A DNA stretch of 64,000 nucleotides, taken from Phoronis australis (lineage: Eukaryota; Animalia; Phoronida). The notes beneath the pieces are model-generated. The model saw only the letters and a program-made list of their open reading frames with translations, was not told where the DNA came from and did not search any database. The stretch is from NCBI GenBank assembly GCA_002633005.1, contig NMRA01000004.1, positions 2,025,935 to 2,089,934 on the forward strand, given 5' to 3'. A program made the position numbers and the translations under genes. Of the stretch, positions 14,255 to 28,811 are shown one piece after another. Each line of letters begins with the position of its first letter. The stretch's first letter is position 1.

Positions 14255-14506
14255 GGGACCCGTTCCAAGAAACTGACTTAAGTTTATTTTTTACACAAGT
14301 CTTAGATTTTTCTCAAATTCCAAAATTTGTTGAAACTTTCAGACACGGTAAGTTAGTCAAACTTAAGACAAAACTTAAGTAAAAACGTAAATCCAACTTA
14401 AGACCTCTTTCTTAAAACGACCTTGAGGCAAATTTAAGTTTTATTATAAAACTGACTGAAAATTAGGATTTGTCTTAGTTAAGTCAGTTCTTGGAAAGGA
14501 CTGTCC
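14255..14506. mobile_element. MITE with ~25-bp TIRs and internal CTTAAG repeats (PIF/Harbinger-like by terminal appearance only)
   Basis: ttccaagaaactgacttaa (14263-14281) vs ttaagtcagttcttggaa (about 14479-14496). Confidence 0.7.
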
Positions 14507-16295
14507 TGGGGGATGATTTGAAATTTCCCGAAAAGAAAAAAGACACCAGGGTGGGTTTTCATTCCTCTCCCATGTTCAGAAGTAACTTAACTTTAACGCT
14601 TACTTCAAGCCTAAACAAATTATTATGAAAAATTACGTACTCGTATGTTCCCAGTCCTGGATTAACCAATTTAATCCCTTGATGAGTCGCAAACTTTCTA
14701 ATAATTTCTAATAATCGAATAATCGGCATAATTGCACAGTCAAATTTCAATTTGCTTTCGTACCAAACCCCGCTTTGAAAGTCCGATAACTTGTTGCGTA
14801 TAGCTTCTGATCAGGACAGCTTTTTGGCACATGGTAACTATTTTCAAAGTAATATGTTGTTAAACGTCATATCTACACTCTACATTTGCCTAACGGGCAG
14901 ACAACTTGAAACAAGGTGGTACCTGAAAGTCATGTTTTTCAACACTCAGGAAGTCGAGTGTCGTCAGTCTCGCAGATATTTTTGCAAAAATAAAAATGGA
15001 AACACATACACATAAGAAAATTGAAGTGACTTTATGAAACAGATAAAGCTACTAGAGAAATTACTGCAATTCTGTTCAACTGCCGATATAAGTTGTGATG
15101 AAATTGAACGGAAAGTCATAAATTTGTTATTTTCATTTCAGAGCCCGCGACCACAAAATTTCCAGAAATATACACAATGAGTAATTTTTCAGTTTATGAA
15201 GATCACCTTTACGTACTCAATCAAATTTACTCAACATCTTGGACAATTCTCAGTTTCCGAGTAGTTCTCAAGAAAGCGTGACCACCATTCACCAATTATT
15301 CATCAGTACAATCTCGAGTACACTTAAGGAAAATTTTAAATACGTAGGATACTTGAAACCTACTCAATATATAAATCAGTTTATCCAAAACATTAAGCTT
15401 ATTACACACCAGGAATATTATGTATTAAAATAAAATTTTAGTTTAAGCGAAGTAAAAAGGGTGCAAGTGGCCTGATGCCTTTTGCGGTACTTCAGCCATG
15501 TTTAGGTCACAGGGCCAGGGCCAATTGCACTAATCATTTACCTTCTCTTTTATTCGAAAAATCTAGAGACGACAATGACCATTTTCACACCTCCTCTACT
15601 GGAAAACTTCAAAATCGTTGACTGAGTGCCGCACTAAAGACTTCTATAGCAACTCAAAAATAGCTCTCGTGTCAGACTCTAGTTGAAATAGAAAAGTCCC
15701 AAAGTGTGGCTGATTTACATTGGTAAAGTTTCAGAAGGAAGAGTAAGCACTAATTTTTGGGCCCATTGGTCGTGGCTGCGCCGTAAACCGGCCGCTTGTG
15801 TCGCAGAGTACTTGGTTTGGCCTTGATTGTAGTCACTCGACAGTCGGAATATAAAATGGATATACATGAATTGTAAAACAACCAAGTCATAACCCGGAAT
15901 GGAGTGAGGCATTTTAAAAAACTGACCTTGTCAAATTTGAAGAAATTCAACTTTTCCCTCTTCCATGGATTTACTTCTGGGCCCGAAAATGCGAAACTAT
16001 CACGCAGGCATTGCGAAGGCGGTGAGACTGAACTTGAAAAAGAATTTGAAGCACGAACAAATTGTTTAATGTGACGATAAATCCACGAGAATGGGTAGAC
16101 TTATAAGATAGAAAACGAATATGGTTAGGATAACGTTCTCATTATCTGAGGTTTAACTGTCTGACACACAGGTGGGATTGTGCAGACATATGACGCTCGC
16201 ATTTTATCACTCAAGTACAGCAAAACTCCGTCCTTCATGTGGTAAGGACGACAAAAAATTTCTTTATCTTTAAACCATTAATAATGCGCAGTGAC

Positions 16296-16467
16296 CAGGG
16301 ACGGATCCAGGATTTTAATTTAGGGGGGTCAGGGCAGTGTATTAGCCAGGATTTTGCCCCGTCAGACATTCGCACCCCCGAACTGTCAAACAGAATATGG
16401 GAGAAGTTAGGGGGGGGGGGATGAGGGAGGGAGGCATGGCCCCCTTGCCCCCCTAAATCTGCCACTG
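16296..16467 (+). mobile_element. MITE family A, 5-bp TSD
   Basis: TSD gtgac at 16291-16295 and 16468-16472. Confidence 0.9.
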
Positions 16468-17014
16468 GTGACGTTTACTCGAACTTTGCGTAATAGCAAT
16501 TGCGCATGTATACATGTACATGTACGAGAAAGTTTTTCGTACACATGCGAGGCGACTTTTTTGGGGGGTCGACGTACACTAGGCGATGATTAACTTGAAC
16601 AAACATGTAAATATTTTCGCCTGTCTCAGAAGATGATATTTTAAAGGGTAGCAGTGAGTTTGGGCGAAGGTGTAGTTGTTAGGGATTACTGCTGGGTAGA
16701 ATAGTTAGTCTTGAAGTTAATGACTTTGACCAGAACTAGGCCGCAATCCCCATTGCATTTTTTTAGAATTTATTATATCGCCAATTTCCGAAGTTGCATG
16801 CAACTAGTCATTAGATATAATTAGCTAAAATCCAGCGAGACCGGTGACCTTATCTGTTAAGTAGGCTTAAAATATTTCATTATTTGTATACTCTTTCCAA
16901 GTGTTACGAGAAGTAGTTTTGTGGATTAACTATGTAACGTGGCTTGCGATCGATTAACGGAACGAAGTAACATTCGGACATTCCGATTGGCTGTTGAGAA
17001 ATTGGCTTCAAAAG

Positions 17015-17083
17015 TAGTTCTGCTAATGGTGTGGGACTGCGACATCTAAGGTCGTGTAATTCAAATCTACCTTGGGGCTGATC
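17015..17083 (+). mobile_element. Degenerate tRNA-derived SINE-like head
   Basis: Ends in attcaaatctaccttggggctgatc, matching the reverse complement of 18574-18600 (attcgattctactctgaggctgatc). Confidence 0.4.
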
Positions 17084-18573
17084 TATCAGGCAAGTCCACA
17101 AACGTATTGACGATAATGTCACTTTAATACAGCCGAATAAATTCGATTTTAAAACATAATATGATTTCTTTTCCATGTGACATGAAGCGCCACTTAAATT
17201 GAAGCAGTAAACCGGAAACACTATGATCATTAACGTTACGCAGTATTCCTTAGGGACGTCTAGGTTGTTTTGTTTACTTAATTGAGCCAACTCGACCAGC
17301 AGGGTTCTCCATGTTTTGATGCCCAGATGATCAGTGAATCAAGATTTGCCAGTTTTGCAGCTGGGTAATTAATCATCCTTATTCGAATTATGCTTACCTG
17401 ATCTATTTGGGGAAGTTTAATGACATAAACATTCCGTTGTGTTAAGATTTTAATTTGATGTAAGTTTTAATTCAGTCTAATTCGGAGTTGATTGGAAAAG
17501 GTGCTGGAGCCCAAGACGAGACGCTTGAGTCTTGATGCAAACAGTGTAAACAACATTCAAAGCGTCCTAAGTTTATGTAGAACCTTATCGAAAAGTCTGA
17601 ACATTTATCCAAATATCCACAAAACTGTAGAATTCAACTCACCACACATATGTATTTTCGGAAAGTAAAAACTCCGTAAAATTATATTTCTGACTTTATG
17701 CTAATCTGCCACTAATTACGTGACCTTGACGTTTTTGGGAATTCAGCAAAAAGAAAGCATATTTTCCTATCAAAACAGGATCAAAAACGTGACAAAAGTT
17801 TGCTGGATATAAGTGCTCTACATAAAATCTCGCCGTTTTCGTTTTATGCAATTTTGATTTTTTTCATAAAAATCATATAAGTGGAACATTTTAGGACCAT
17901 TTCTAACAGAGTTGTGAATTAAGGTGCATTAAGCATAGTATCTGAAGGTAACATGTGAATCCGATCAGCCATTTATGAGATATAGGCATTTGTGTGGTGT
18001 CTTACAAAATAAAGATAGCCGAACAGTTCCACCACATAGAATTTGTTTTTCGCCTGTTCAACCCACGTAGATTTTGGACATATGGTATTCACGTTGTGAT
18101 TGAAGTACTCAGGTTTGTGCGAACGAAATTTCGACAGTACAATTGAGACGTTAAGGTCAGTAATGGTTGAGGTAGTTAACTAAATAATATTCTCATTGCC
18201 GGTAATTGCATTCATGCCGTTTTACACGTTAACTTTCACTGGACAACTACATAAAATCTGGAAAACTAATCGCGTTGCCTTCTATAACACATCTTATCGT
18301 AGCAACACGGGTTGCCATGGTGGCATAAAGAACTAAGTTTAGGAGACGTAATTTCTGGTTTTGGAGGACATTTACTTTCATGGACATTGGTGTGATAAGA
18401 GAACAAGACCCACTCTGCCTGTCGCAGGTTTCATTAAAGACAAGTCCGAACTTGACCACATCCACGAATCTTCAAAAAAGTTCCATTGGCGTGTTATACA
18501 GAGAAGGTAAGCACAAAACCAACAGCACTACCTGCTTTAAAGGAACACAATTGGTGAGAAAAGTAATTTATCT

Positions 18574-18653
18574 GATCAGCCTCAGAGTAGAATCGAATCT
18601 GGAACCACCGCGGTTGCAGTGTGGTGCTTTGCCGGCGGAACTAAATCTCACTC
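18574..18653 (-). mobile_element. tRNA-derived SINE-like head
   Basis: Minus strand shows an A-box-like tagttccgccgg and a B-box-like agattcgattc at tRNA spacing; no intact cloverleaf. Confidence 0.5.
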
Positions 18654-19449
18654 GATAGATGGCAAATACTTTAAGAGTGTTCAATTGGGTAAGTCACTGG
18701 CGGCAACATCGAGAATTGGCGATTTGTAATAATATCACAGTAACATCCGGGCGAGTTTAGATGCTTTTCATCCTTGCGCAAATTTATTAATTTCAAAGAT
18801 TAATCCAAAAATGTGTTTTCAGCCGTGAAACCCTTTGGCAGTTGCGGTAGGTGACAATGCTATACAGCCCATCAAACTTGTCATTGTCTTTATTTTCCTG
18901 GCAGTCCAGCCGCGAAAGACATCTGTTTGATACTGTGCGTGAGCCGGATACCGTACCAACCACTGTTCTAGAGGTTTACCTGGGTTAAGTTTCTTAGACG
19001 CAAGGCACACTTAACTAGAGAAAAATTGTGTCATTACCGGGTTCACTGAAAATATAATTGCATGATCGTACGTATTTGAGAAGTTATTACATGTGCAGAA
19101 GAGAGTTCTTGGTAATAAGTTTCCGTTGACCAAATTTCTTTTAATAAAAGACAACTCACATAAACCCACGCAAAATCACGCTAGTGAAAACTAAGTGTGT
19201 CATGAGTACGGTCGAAACCTTTCTAGCGTAACCTAACTGTAGTGAGCTGTCGGTGACGTTGGAATGTTAAATAATAAGGAAGAATTAACAAATTATGAGA
19301 TATAAGTTACTGTTTCTGTTCCATGAGCAAGTGCTGCTCGCCGTAAATGCAAGCCTAATGTCTTGATTCTACAAAAACTCAGCCTTGGCAGATCAAATTC
19401 AGGCATCACCATCTTCGTCGTCATCACCTTAAATGTCACCAACATCATC

Positions 19450-19825
19450 GTTTCTTAAATCTGTTGGACTATTTACACTGACACTTAGCCCATTTACACG
19501 AAAACGGCGTTTCAGTCGATCGTTTTCCCGACCATCGTCAGATATTACAACTATCTCAGAAGAACGAGCATGAGTATGACGTGGGTTTATTTTCATAGTG
19601 GTTAATGGTTAGCATTTTTTCAGAATTTTTGTAGTTTTACTTTAAAGAAATGCCTCAAGTTTTGGTTGTCAGCCGAGCGATCAAACCACAAAAGTTTACC
19701 ACATGCCAGATAACCATGATCATTATTGAAGAAACCCTGAAGATGGACTGAGAAAAGACCGCTTGAAACATCATGTAAATAGTGTAAACTTTGGTTCAAA
19801 AGACTAATGGATTTTAGAAACAATC
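19450..19825. mobile_element. Inverted pair of diverged Penelope-like terminal repeats with hammerhead-like cores
   Basis: Minus 19509-19541 reads ctgacgatggtcgggaaaacgatcgactgaaac; plus 19737-19769 reads ctgaagatggactgagaaaagaccgcttgaaac. The flanks are also similar (gatttaagaaa / gattttagaaa). Confidence 0.5.
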
Positions 19826-19879
19826 TCACTACATCCACCTCAACGTGGTTTCAGGAGGTCATCCCCTTCGACGTCATCC

Positions 19880-20127
19880 GGTATCATGTTCATGTCATCA
19901 TTGTCGTCATCGTCATCGTCATCGTTCCATCAGAACACTACCATCATTGTGTTTGGTACTAAACTCATGATCGTTATTGCTGGCGTTGTCATCGCCGTCG
20001 TCATCAACGTCATCATTCACTTTCATAGACCATATAATCAACATTGCCGTTGTCATCATTAACCATCGTCATTGCCGTGATCATCACTCATTTTCACCGT
20101 CACCGCCATCGTCTTCACCATCTTCAT
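19880..20127. repeat. Degenerate (TCA/TCG)n low-complexity tract
   Basis: Dense tcatca / tcgtca / gccatc units. Confidence 0.8.
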
Positions 20128-21639
20128 TGGTGTGAGCCAGGTTATATCCTAGATTAACTGCGAGTAGCGAAGAAGAAATCATGACTAACAACCACGACTA
20201 TTTGATGCTCGATCGTCGTTTCTGTACTACTTGTACAAAAAGTTATCACTTGCTGTCTGATTTATCAACCGCCGTAAACGGTGGATGGAAATGTATCTTG
20301 TATTTCTGTTTGTACAGGTTGCTGCACGAAAACTTGATTAATTCTCATAATGCCCCAAAATTCCGCAATGATTAAAAATTTCCTAGAGGCATTGCCGATG
20401 AGGGTTGCCAATCGGTGGTGGGCAGGGGATTAATCCCTCAACCCTTAAAAAGCCCAGGCACCATGACTTGCTCTCATGTGAGCGAGGGCCCTGGTAATAA
20501 CCATAACTAGTCAGACAATCAAAATGCGAAAGGTATCATTCTAAAGTTAATATGATGTAAACCATTTTCATCCTCGTCTTTGCCAACACTATTACCAAAA
20601 GCTGTTTTTTCCGTCAACTGCAAGCACTGTGTGTATTTGCTTTCGTTGTTTCGCATATAACCCGGTCTGGTTTAACATTCCCCTTGGCTTTGCTCTACAG
20701 TAAAGTCGGAGCCAGAAATCAAGAAGGAGTTTAGAATTCATTTTGGAATCTATCACAAGTGATTTCCCCCGGTTTAAAACTCCATGCCGTGTTGGGTTGG
20801 AGAAATTGGACCAGCGCGGCATACACAGCTGTAGCTAGGCAAGGCGTTCGCCCGCAAATATGCAATTACAATGGGAAACGCTGATCGAACTGTCACAAAA
20901 TTATGATCTCAAAATTCATACAAAATGCAGTTATTCGCCGATTGTTGCATGACGTCGTGTGCATTGTTCAATAATATCAACGTGACACAGAATAAATATA
21001 GATTATTACATGGCAAAGTCGCTATCCCCCGTTTTCTAGAGCCCGAGCTCTAGATAAGGGTGATAACAACTGAGAACATGTAGTAATCTGTTTATACCAC
21101 ATACTGAACGAGAAACATTGCAATGAATAGATCTACGTTTCTCGACTCGCCTCGGCTTTGTAACTACTTTCCATGTCAGAGGCCCGGGTTCGGAGATCCT
21201 GACCTTTTAAGAAAAGCCGAGCTGCTTTTGTCAAATAATGATTTTACTCAAAACTAATGTAACATTTATACAAAGTAGATATAAATTGAATCTATATATT
21301 AAGGTTTAGCAATTATCATAGTTTACTTCACATGGCTATTAAACATTACTGCAAAAGCGCTGTCACGCCACAGAGCCAAAGTCGCTTATAGTCCTCCATT
21401 TTCTTTCTTTGTGTTAAATCTAACCAATGACTGCCGACGATACATCAACCAGTGATAAAACGCGTGCTACTGAATGATATCTCTGTGTTCTCTACCCCCT
21501 AGCGGACACGCAGGGAACCAGCGAGGAGTGACTGGGAACGCTACGAGTGACTCCAAGAGAGGCGAGTTAGTTGTATTTGAACCGGTAACTTGTCTTGGCA
21601 CATGGGAATAAATTTCGGAACTCTTAGTGGGTAGCCGAC

Positions 21640-22330
21640 TAAAATCAGTAATTTCAGGTTTCATGGCAAAATCGTGTTGAAAGCAGGCAACCATGCTCTG
21701 AGTACTTATAGCGGCCCTCCCATGAAACTCAAGACGGATGTTAAGCTGAAATATGTATTGTTTCCATGGTAACCAGGTATTTTGCCAACCAAGTCAGCAA
21801 TTTCAAGTTTATGGGAAAATTCATACTAGAAGCTTGCAACCATTCCCAGAGTAATTTGAGTGACAGTTTGTTAAAGCATCGGGGTGATGTTAGCATGGTA
21901 ACAAGTTATTTTGACCGTCAATATCAACAGTCATGCAGACAAACATGCTCAAAGCATTTTTAGTTACCCTTCCAAGAACTTAGGAGCGGTGCTAGGCTCC
22001 ATGCTTAAATGAGTTCGCTGTCATGGTAACAAGGCATTTTGGAATTACAGCGGTACACCGACGAAATTTTGAAGAATTTAAGCTGTCTACTTCCTGTATT
22101 AAAACTAAATCACCAGGAGAAGAATTTTTGAACCCAAAAGTACTTGCCAGCGCAACTTATTTATACAAGCACAGAGATGTAGCTTGTTTAGAAACCTAAA
22201 ATCTGCATGCAATTATTGCAATACATTTGCACAAAAATTACTAAAATAAAAGATTTAAGTGTGACTAGCATGTCAAAACCAAAAGCACATCTTTGAAAAT
22301 CCAAAATGGTTGACATGGTAACTAATACAA
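21640..22330. repeat. Degenerate ~129-bp tandem repeat carrying CATGGTAAC (RFX X-box-like)
   Basis: catggtaac at 21765, 21894 and 22022 (spacing 129 and 128), each followed by a(a/g)g..attttg, plus a fourth copy at 22314. Confidence 0.6.
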
Positions 22331-23097
22331 ATGAACCCGTCAACTGGTTTTCGAAAGTCGCATCAAACTCACACAAAAGAGTAAATTAAGCAACGTATAT
22401 TCTTACGGCTTTACAAAAGGTATGCCGTAACTACCTCCAGTATCAGCAGCATAATTTGAATAATCTAACAACGAGTTGTCTTGACAATGAGTGTACCTAA
22501 TCATCACAAGACATGCAATGCAAGGCCAGTGACATGACATTAGGGTGCCTTCGGATTTTTTGTGGATAGAAGCCTTTGCTTTTTGGATTAAGTTGATGAA
22601 AAGCTTGCATCCTTTCACGGATAACTTTGAACCATCATTTTTCATGTATGCTTATAATTTTATACTGTTATCTCTGGTTTTAAGCACATTAAAAGAAAAC
22701 AATGTGATTTGGCAATTACGCTTCAGTATAAATTCACTTTTATGCAAGGAGGTGGTTTATAGATGCGTGGAATGTTAATGGAGTCACCGGGTGACGAATT
22801 ACGAATGTGCTTGGTTGAAAAAGGGAAATTTTACAAAAACGGCAAGTTCAGTGCTCTATTGATTCTACCTCTGACACATACTATTTTCCAGGGAACGCAT
22901 TTGTTCGTCTAATGGACCATGTTAGCCATTGCAAACTTTGCAATTCGTAGTGTTTTATTTCGTTATTTAGTTCACGGAAGGATTTGTGCCAGTCAACAGT
23001 TTGATAAAACAGATGATGACAGTTAGGCACAAAACACGAAAAGAAATTAGCAACTAGCCTATTATAAGAAAACATGCTATGCTTGTTTATTTGCATA

Positions 23098-23560
<463 letters not shown>

Positions 23561-26500
23561 TTGTTTGAGAGTCTTCATTGTCTTTCTTCTACAATATAAG
23601 CCAGAACACAATTGTTCGGAACAATGCGTATGTTTAGCCCAGCCAATTCTAGCATTTTATGCTGTGAAAGCACTAGTAAGCCCTTTTCGTCGTCGTAACC
23701 TGTTGCTTCCAAATGAGAATACGAATCGGTTGGGTTGAGTTGATAGCAACGAAAATTGATTACTTGAGGAACACAAGCGTTATGAAACTAAATAACCACT
23801 TGCAAATTCAGTGAAATCAGAAAACAGTACAGTTTATTGACAAATTTTAATTTGAATCTTACTGAATCATGTGAATTGTATGAGAGAGATTTAGTCTAAG
23901 AGAGCTTTACGACTACTTCCTGCTTGCGAATATTTTTGAATAATTGTGCTGCAGATTTGAACTAAAGCAAGGACGTACACACCTGTACATGTCTGGCAGA
24001 ATTTGTTTAGAAACAAAATTACCAGTTTGTATAATGGCCACTTTAAATAAATATTCAAATCAATTACAATTGACTTTTTTGGAAGCAGACACACAAGATG
24101 TTGTTCTGTGTGAGTGACCTCGCGATTCATTAACTCTTGTAAATCTATTAGCTACAACAGTACACCTTGACCAATGAGAATCGTTCTTACTCCCTGACCT
24201 AAAATGACCTACTAAAAAGGGACTGAACAGTTCCCACTTTTCCTGGCGAGTGTGTCATCTCACCTCGAAATCACAAGACCCGAGTATGGATCGAAAAGTT
24301 TATTCTGACTCATATGGCCCTTCCATTGTCACTGAATAGGAAGCGAGGCTCAGAAAAATTGACAGCAAAATTGAGACTTTTCAGCCCCCCCCCCCAACCA
24401 CCACCTCCCTGCCTACGCTTTACAGCACCTAATACATTCCGAATGGAAGTTTACTACAGATAATCCAAAACCATGTCAATGAAAACAATAAATGCGCCTG
24501 CTGATCTTCGGGATAAAGAAGACTTCTATTGCTGTGCGTCCCTTTTCCCGAAAGCACGCTCGCAAATTCTTGATCGGCCACCTGCGGAAAATCAGGGACG
24601 GGGCATCCAACAAGGTTTGGGATTTCCCAAGAAATTTTCCAAACTTTGTCGTGTGAACGTGTATTTTGGTTCATTCCAGAAGTATCTTTTACCATGAATA
24701 ACGCTGACATCCTCACCGCTCGAGTTTGGGCAGCTCGTCCGGTTACTAACCTGAAAATCCGCAGCTATCTTCAAAGAAAGCACCAGGATGTAAATGTGGA
24801 CACAGCTGGCAGGTGATGTTATCGTAGTCTTTGTCTATATACAGTCTTATTATACCACTTGGGCCAGCATTAAACAATTTACTTCTCATTAACTCTATTG
24901 GGTGTACAATAGAATAGGCCAATTATCAAGAGACCTAACCTAGCAGGTAACTGGAAATCCAGGAAAGCCAAGTGTCAGTGTGCATTTCTTGGCATAGCGG
25001 TTTATGAATGAAACTTGTACTCAGGAAATCTCTGAAATTTTTTTTCCAGCCTATTCGTACATTACTTGGAATATTTTAATTTGTTAAACATGTACGCTGT
25101 ACACTGTTATCAAAAATCGCACCCCCGACAGTCTGTTCAACTTGTGGGAGTTTGCTACAAAGAACTCATGGTAATCATATTCAAAATACATGTAAATACT
25201 ATTCTTCTGATACTATGGGGAAAATTAAACGATCGGAAATGTTACTTTTGGGAAATGCAAAAATAGTGGTCTTCTGGTTCTTCAAACGCCAGTCTTTCGG
25301 TGGCGTCCTATCTTATTTTAGCAGCATTTAATGCCTGAACTTACTTGAAAACGTGGCTTAATCAAACATGCTTGTTTTTCGAAAAAGTTGAAAAATTTGT
25401 AAAGGACAGCATCCGCAGAGAATGCTTAACAGGATTTTTATATGCAAGAAGAAACCTTTAGGGAATGCAGAATTATGTATACATGTACATTCTACAGAGA
25501 GCCTTCTCTGGCAGGGGATAATCAAGTCATCAATCGCTCTGTTTTTTTCGCTTTTTCTTGAAACTGCCTACACGTATCAATTGAAAATCTGACAGATAAC
25601 ATCATTTGCTGTTCATTTTTTGTTATTTTGAAATCATAAATCCTTTCATATTTAGGGTTCCAACCCTTGAAGCTGACATTTCGCTGGCATGCATGCGGAC
25701 ATTCTTTTTATTTTCCCATTAATAATTTCTCAACAATAAGCTTACTGACAGAGGACCCAATGATGGGATCTGTTGTCTCTATTTTCTCGTTTTTGTGAAA
25801 TAGTGCAACCTTTATGTCAAGGAAGGTCACTTCTTAGACAGTCACACTATGAAGGACTTGCGATCACCCTTTTTCATTTTTCTGATGGTCTTTCATATCA
25901 AGGGGTCCCCTCTTAGACGGAATCGTCTCTTAGAGAGGCGACCAGGAGCAATTGTACCATTGCCCTCTGCAAATCCGACAGTATCCAGTATTTCCGAGGG
26001 CCGGGAATTACAAACCAATCAGGAAACAAATTTGTGCAACTTGAAAGTACAGCAGTATCAAAGCATTCAGCCCACGCCCAATACAAATAGATTGGGGCAC
26101 CGGTAGTTGACAAATGTTCCCTTTAATTTTCTCTCTTCACTGTTTCGTTGAATTCGTTTTTCGACTGCCCCCGGACCCACGTCTATGCCGGTTGCCACGA
26201 TACAATCCTGACGCCAGGAAATTATTCGGGGGGGGGGGAAGTGAACGAGCCCTCCCACAATCCAATTCCTACGGCCCTGCTTACCCAACGCGTTCACATA
26301 ATTGCTAGGGAGAGCAAATAATACACGCAGTCTTCATATTACTGTACAATGCCACTTCAGCTGAGTCAAGTCTAAAGAGAATGCACCCATATTAAAACAT
26401 AAGTAACTTTACTGATTATGAGTTTTGATCAGTGTCAGTTTTAGATAATTGACTATGCATGGCAGGATACTGTATATTTATTTAAAATTTTGCAATCTTC

Positions 26501-28035
26501 AGGATGCAAAATACATTGTTGTACTCGAATTCGACCAGTAAGTCGGTTAACTTTTAAGGGAATTGGAATTTTGATGTGTTATGCATCAAAACAAATCACG
26601 ATCTTCAATCGTAGTACAAAAATTCCCTTAACCCTGTCCTTGTCTTCTTCCAGGATATTGGTCTTGTACAGTGTGCATCCTCCATTCCCCATATTGGTGT
26701 CAGTTGATCGCAGCATGACTCAGTTGTGCAACACCACTACATTTATGTTTAATATACGATCATCAGTGGAGTGTAGAATTATAAAGTATTCAAAGATTGG
26801 GATGTTTAACTTACTACACGAGCTAGATTCGGAACACGTCAAACGACATTTGTTTAGGTCTCATTCTGGGAAATATATGTCACATGGCACTCTTCATAAC
26901 GAACATTCATCAACTGCGATCGTAAGACAGCCTTTTTGTCAAAATGAACGCTGTCGGTTAAGAATAGATTCAATGCGTGGGTCTCGGAGAACCGTATTTT
27001 CCGAAGTCGGGACATTCTGATATACGGCACCTTTTTACAATCAGATTTGAAACTTCCGTCAAAATCGAATACCGTTGGTTTAAGAAAAATTCTTTCAATA
27101 AGAGGTGCACGCTATCGTGATTTGAATGTTTTAGTTATTAAATGGTATTGTGATGGCTGCAAAAAACTCCTTGTCAAACATCAGAATAACGTGCGCATCA
27201 ACTCACGTTCAAACTGCTGAGAGACCTTTTTCCAATACCTTCAATAAACGTCTGGTTAGGCTATTAGCTCATTGGGCTATTTGAGCGATGCCTGCCGTCG
27301 TGAAACTTTTCCTATTTGTGAAAGAACAAACTAGGCGAGACTTTTTGTCCATGCATTGGCTTTATCCCAGGTAAAAGGAAAATTCTCGTCACAATAAAGC
27401 GTTGCAATGGAATGGAAAGGAAGTTAATCCTCAAATCCGGAAAATGCGCCCACTCAGCATGCGCGCCCTAATGAAATGCTTTCAATGCATAGTGCAGTAG
27501 TGTTAAAAAATACACATGCTTGGACAAAGCTCTGCCAGGCTATGCCTCGTCGAAATTATTTGACATTTAGTCGATTTTGGTCACAATTAATGCTAATTCT
27601 TACTGATGTATCTGTAATAGACTTGCGCTGTGTGTTGTCGTTTTTGACAGGGTGGATAGATCGAGCAGCTACTGTTGAGATTTTGCCGATATTTAACCAG
27701 AATTGTTTCTAGCGGAATATTAAAGGGCTGTTTAGTCTCAGTTTTGTGAGCAGTAACTTTGAAGAATTTCAACGTTATCTATTTGATTTCGAAGTCTATT
27801 GTAGATTTAGTTCACGTCGCCTTAGCTAAAAGTTAAGCTGTCGCCCGCTATGAATCCGATACATTTTAAGGTTCTTTCTCATTCCTTTAAATTTGTATGA
27901 TGTTTTCATAGTTGCCTTCGCACCCAAAAGCATATTGCAGTCAATCACTGTTTTCAATTCTTGTGAGCTCAAATGACAAGTGTTAATTGAACGCCACCGA
28001 AATATCTAAGATATCACCAGACAATAGGGCAGTCC

Positions 28036-28079
28036 CGGGTTACACAGCGACACTCGTCGAGTGTCGCTGTATTTACCCG
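28036..28079. repeat. Palindrome / hairpin
   Basis: acagcgacactcg-t-cgagtgtcgctgt (perfect 13-bp arms, 28044-28070), extended by cgggt..acccg. Confidence 0.9.
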
Positions 28080-28811
28080 TAATTCCGCAAGCCTCATTCA
28101 CGTGTTATTTGTTGTTGTCTGATCATTAACAATTTTTTTCGGTTGCATTACTAAATTCGTCCTTCCAGTGCCAACGAAGTATATTGGCTATGCTGTGGGC
28201 TGCAACTCCGACGTGAAAAATGTTTGATGACCTGGACAAATACCCGTGGATGCGTGATCTGAAATTCTTCGTCTTCCCTAGATCAATGAGAGATTGTGCC
28301 TGATTTCAAAAACTAGCTCACGCGCTATCTTATCTTCGGGACAAAATAGAGTTCTATCGCCGTGTAATCCGGAATGTTCCTATTGTTCCGTAATGCATTT
28401 GATGAAACGTCAACAGCACCCTAAATGAAATCCTTAGAATTTCTTATTTATTGAATTGACGAACACAAATTCCGACTGAAAACTACGTTGTGATTGGCAG
28501 ATGCACCAATACGAAGTTCTTTGCAATTTTTGTAATGCTATCCTCTTTGCTTACCCGATGTGTTATTTGTGGTCTGTCAGATGTCTTGTGCTATTAATTT
28601 GACATCAGGTGCGTCTGTATACGATATCGTATATACATGCATGGAATGCCTTGACAAAATTGACTACTCAAGGTTACAAATTAAAACAACTTAGGTAACC
28701 CAGCAATGACACGCAAAAGTGTCTTTTTGAACAGTAGAAACCTTATCAATTGCGTTTCGGTTAATGTAACCAAACTTTTATCAGTGGGGGAACATTCGTA
28801 TGTGTAGTTAC

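Noticed and set aside
18574-18653. Functional tRNA gene
   Set aside because: Acceptor and T stems do not pair; kept only as a SINE-like head.
22560-22650. Minus-strand LFINLIQKAKASIHK resembling an L1/Tx1 ORF2 C-terminus
   Set aside because: Single short motif with no other supporting LINE motifs.
26490-27230. 176-aa ORF with a good acceptor near 26652, an overlapping ~90-codon open frame, and an antisense IAVDE motif reminiscent of piggyBac
   Set aside because: No recognisable domain; the downstream piggyBac motifs are absent.
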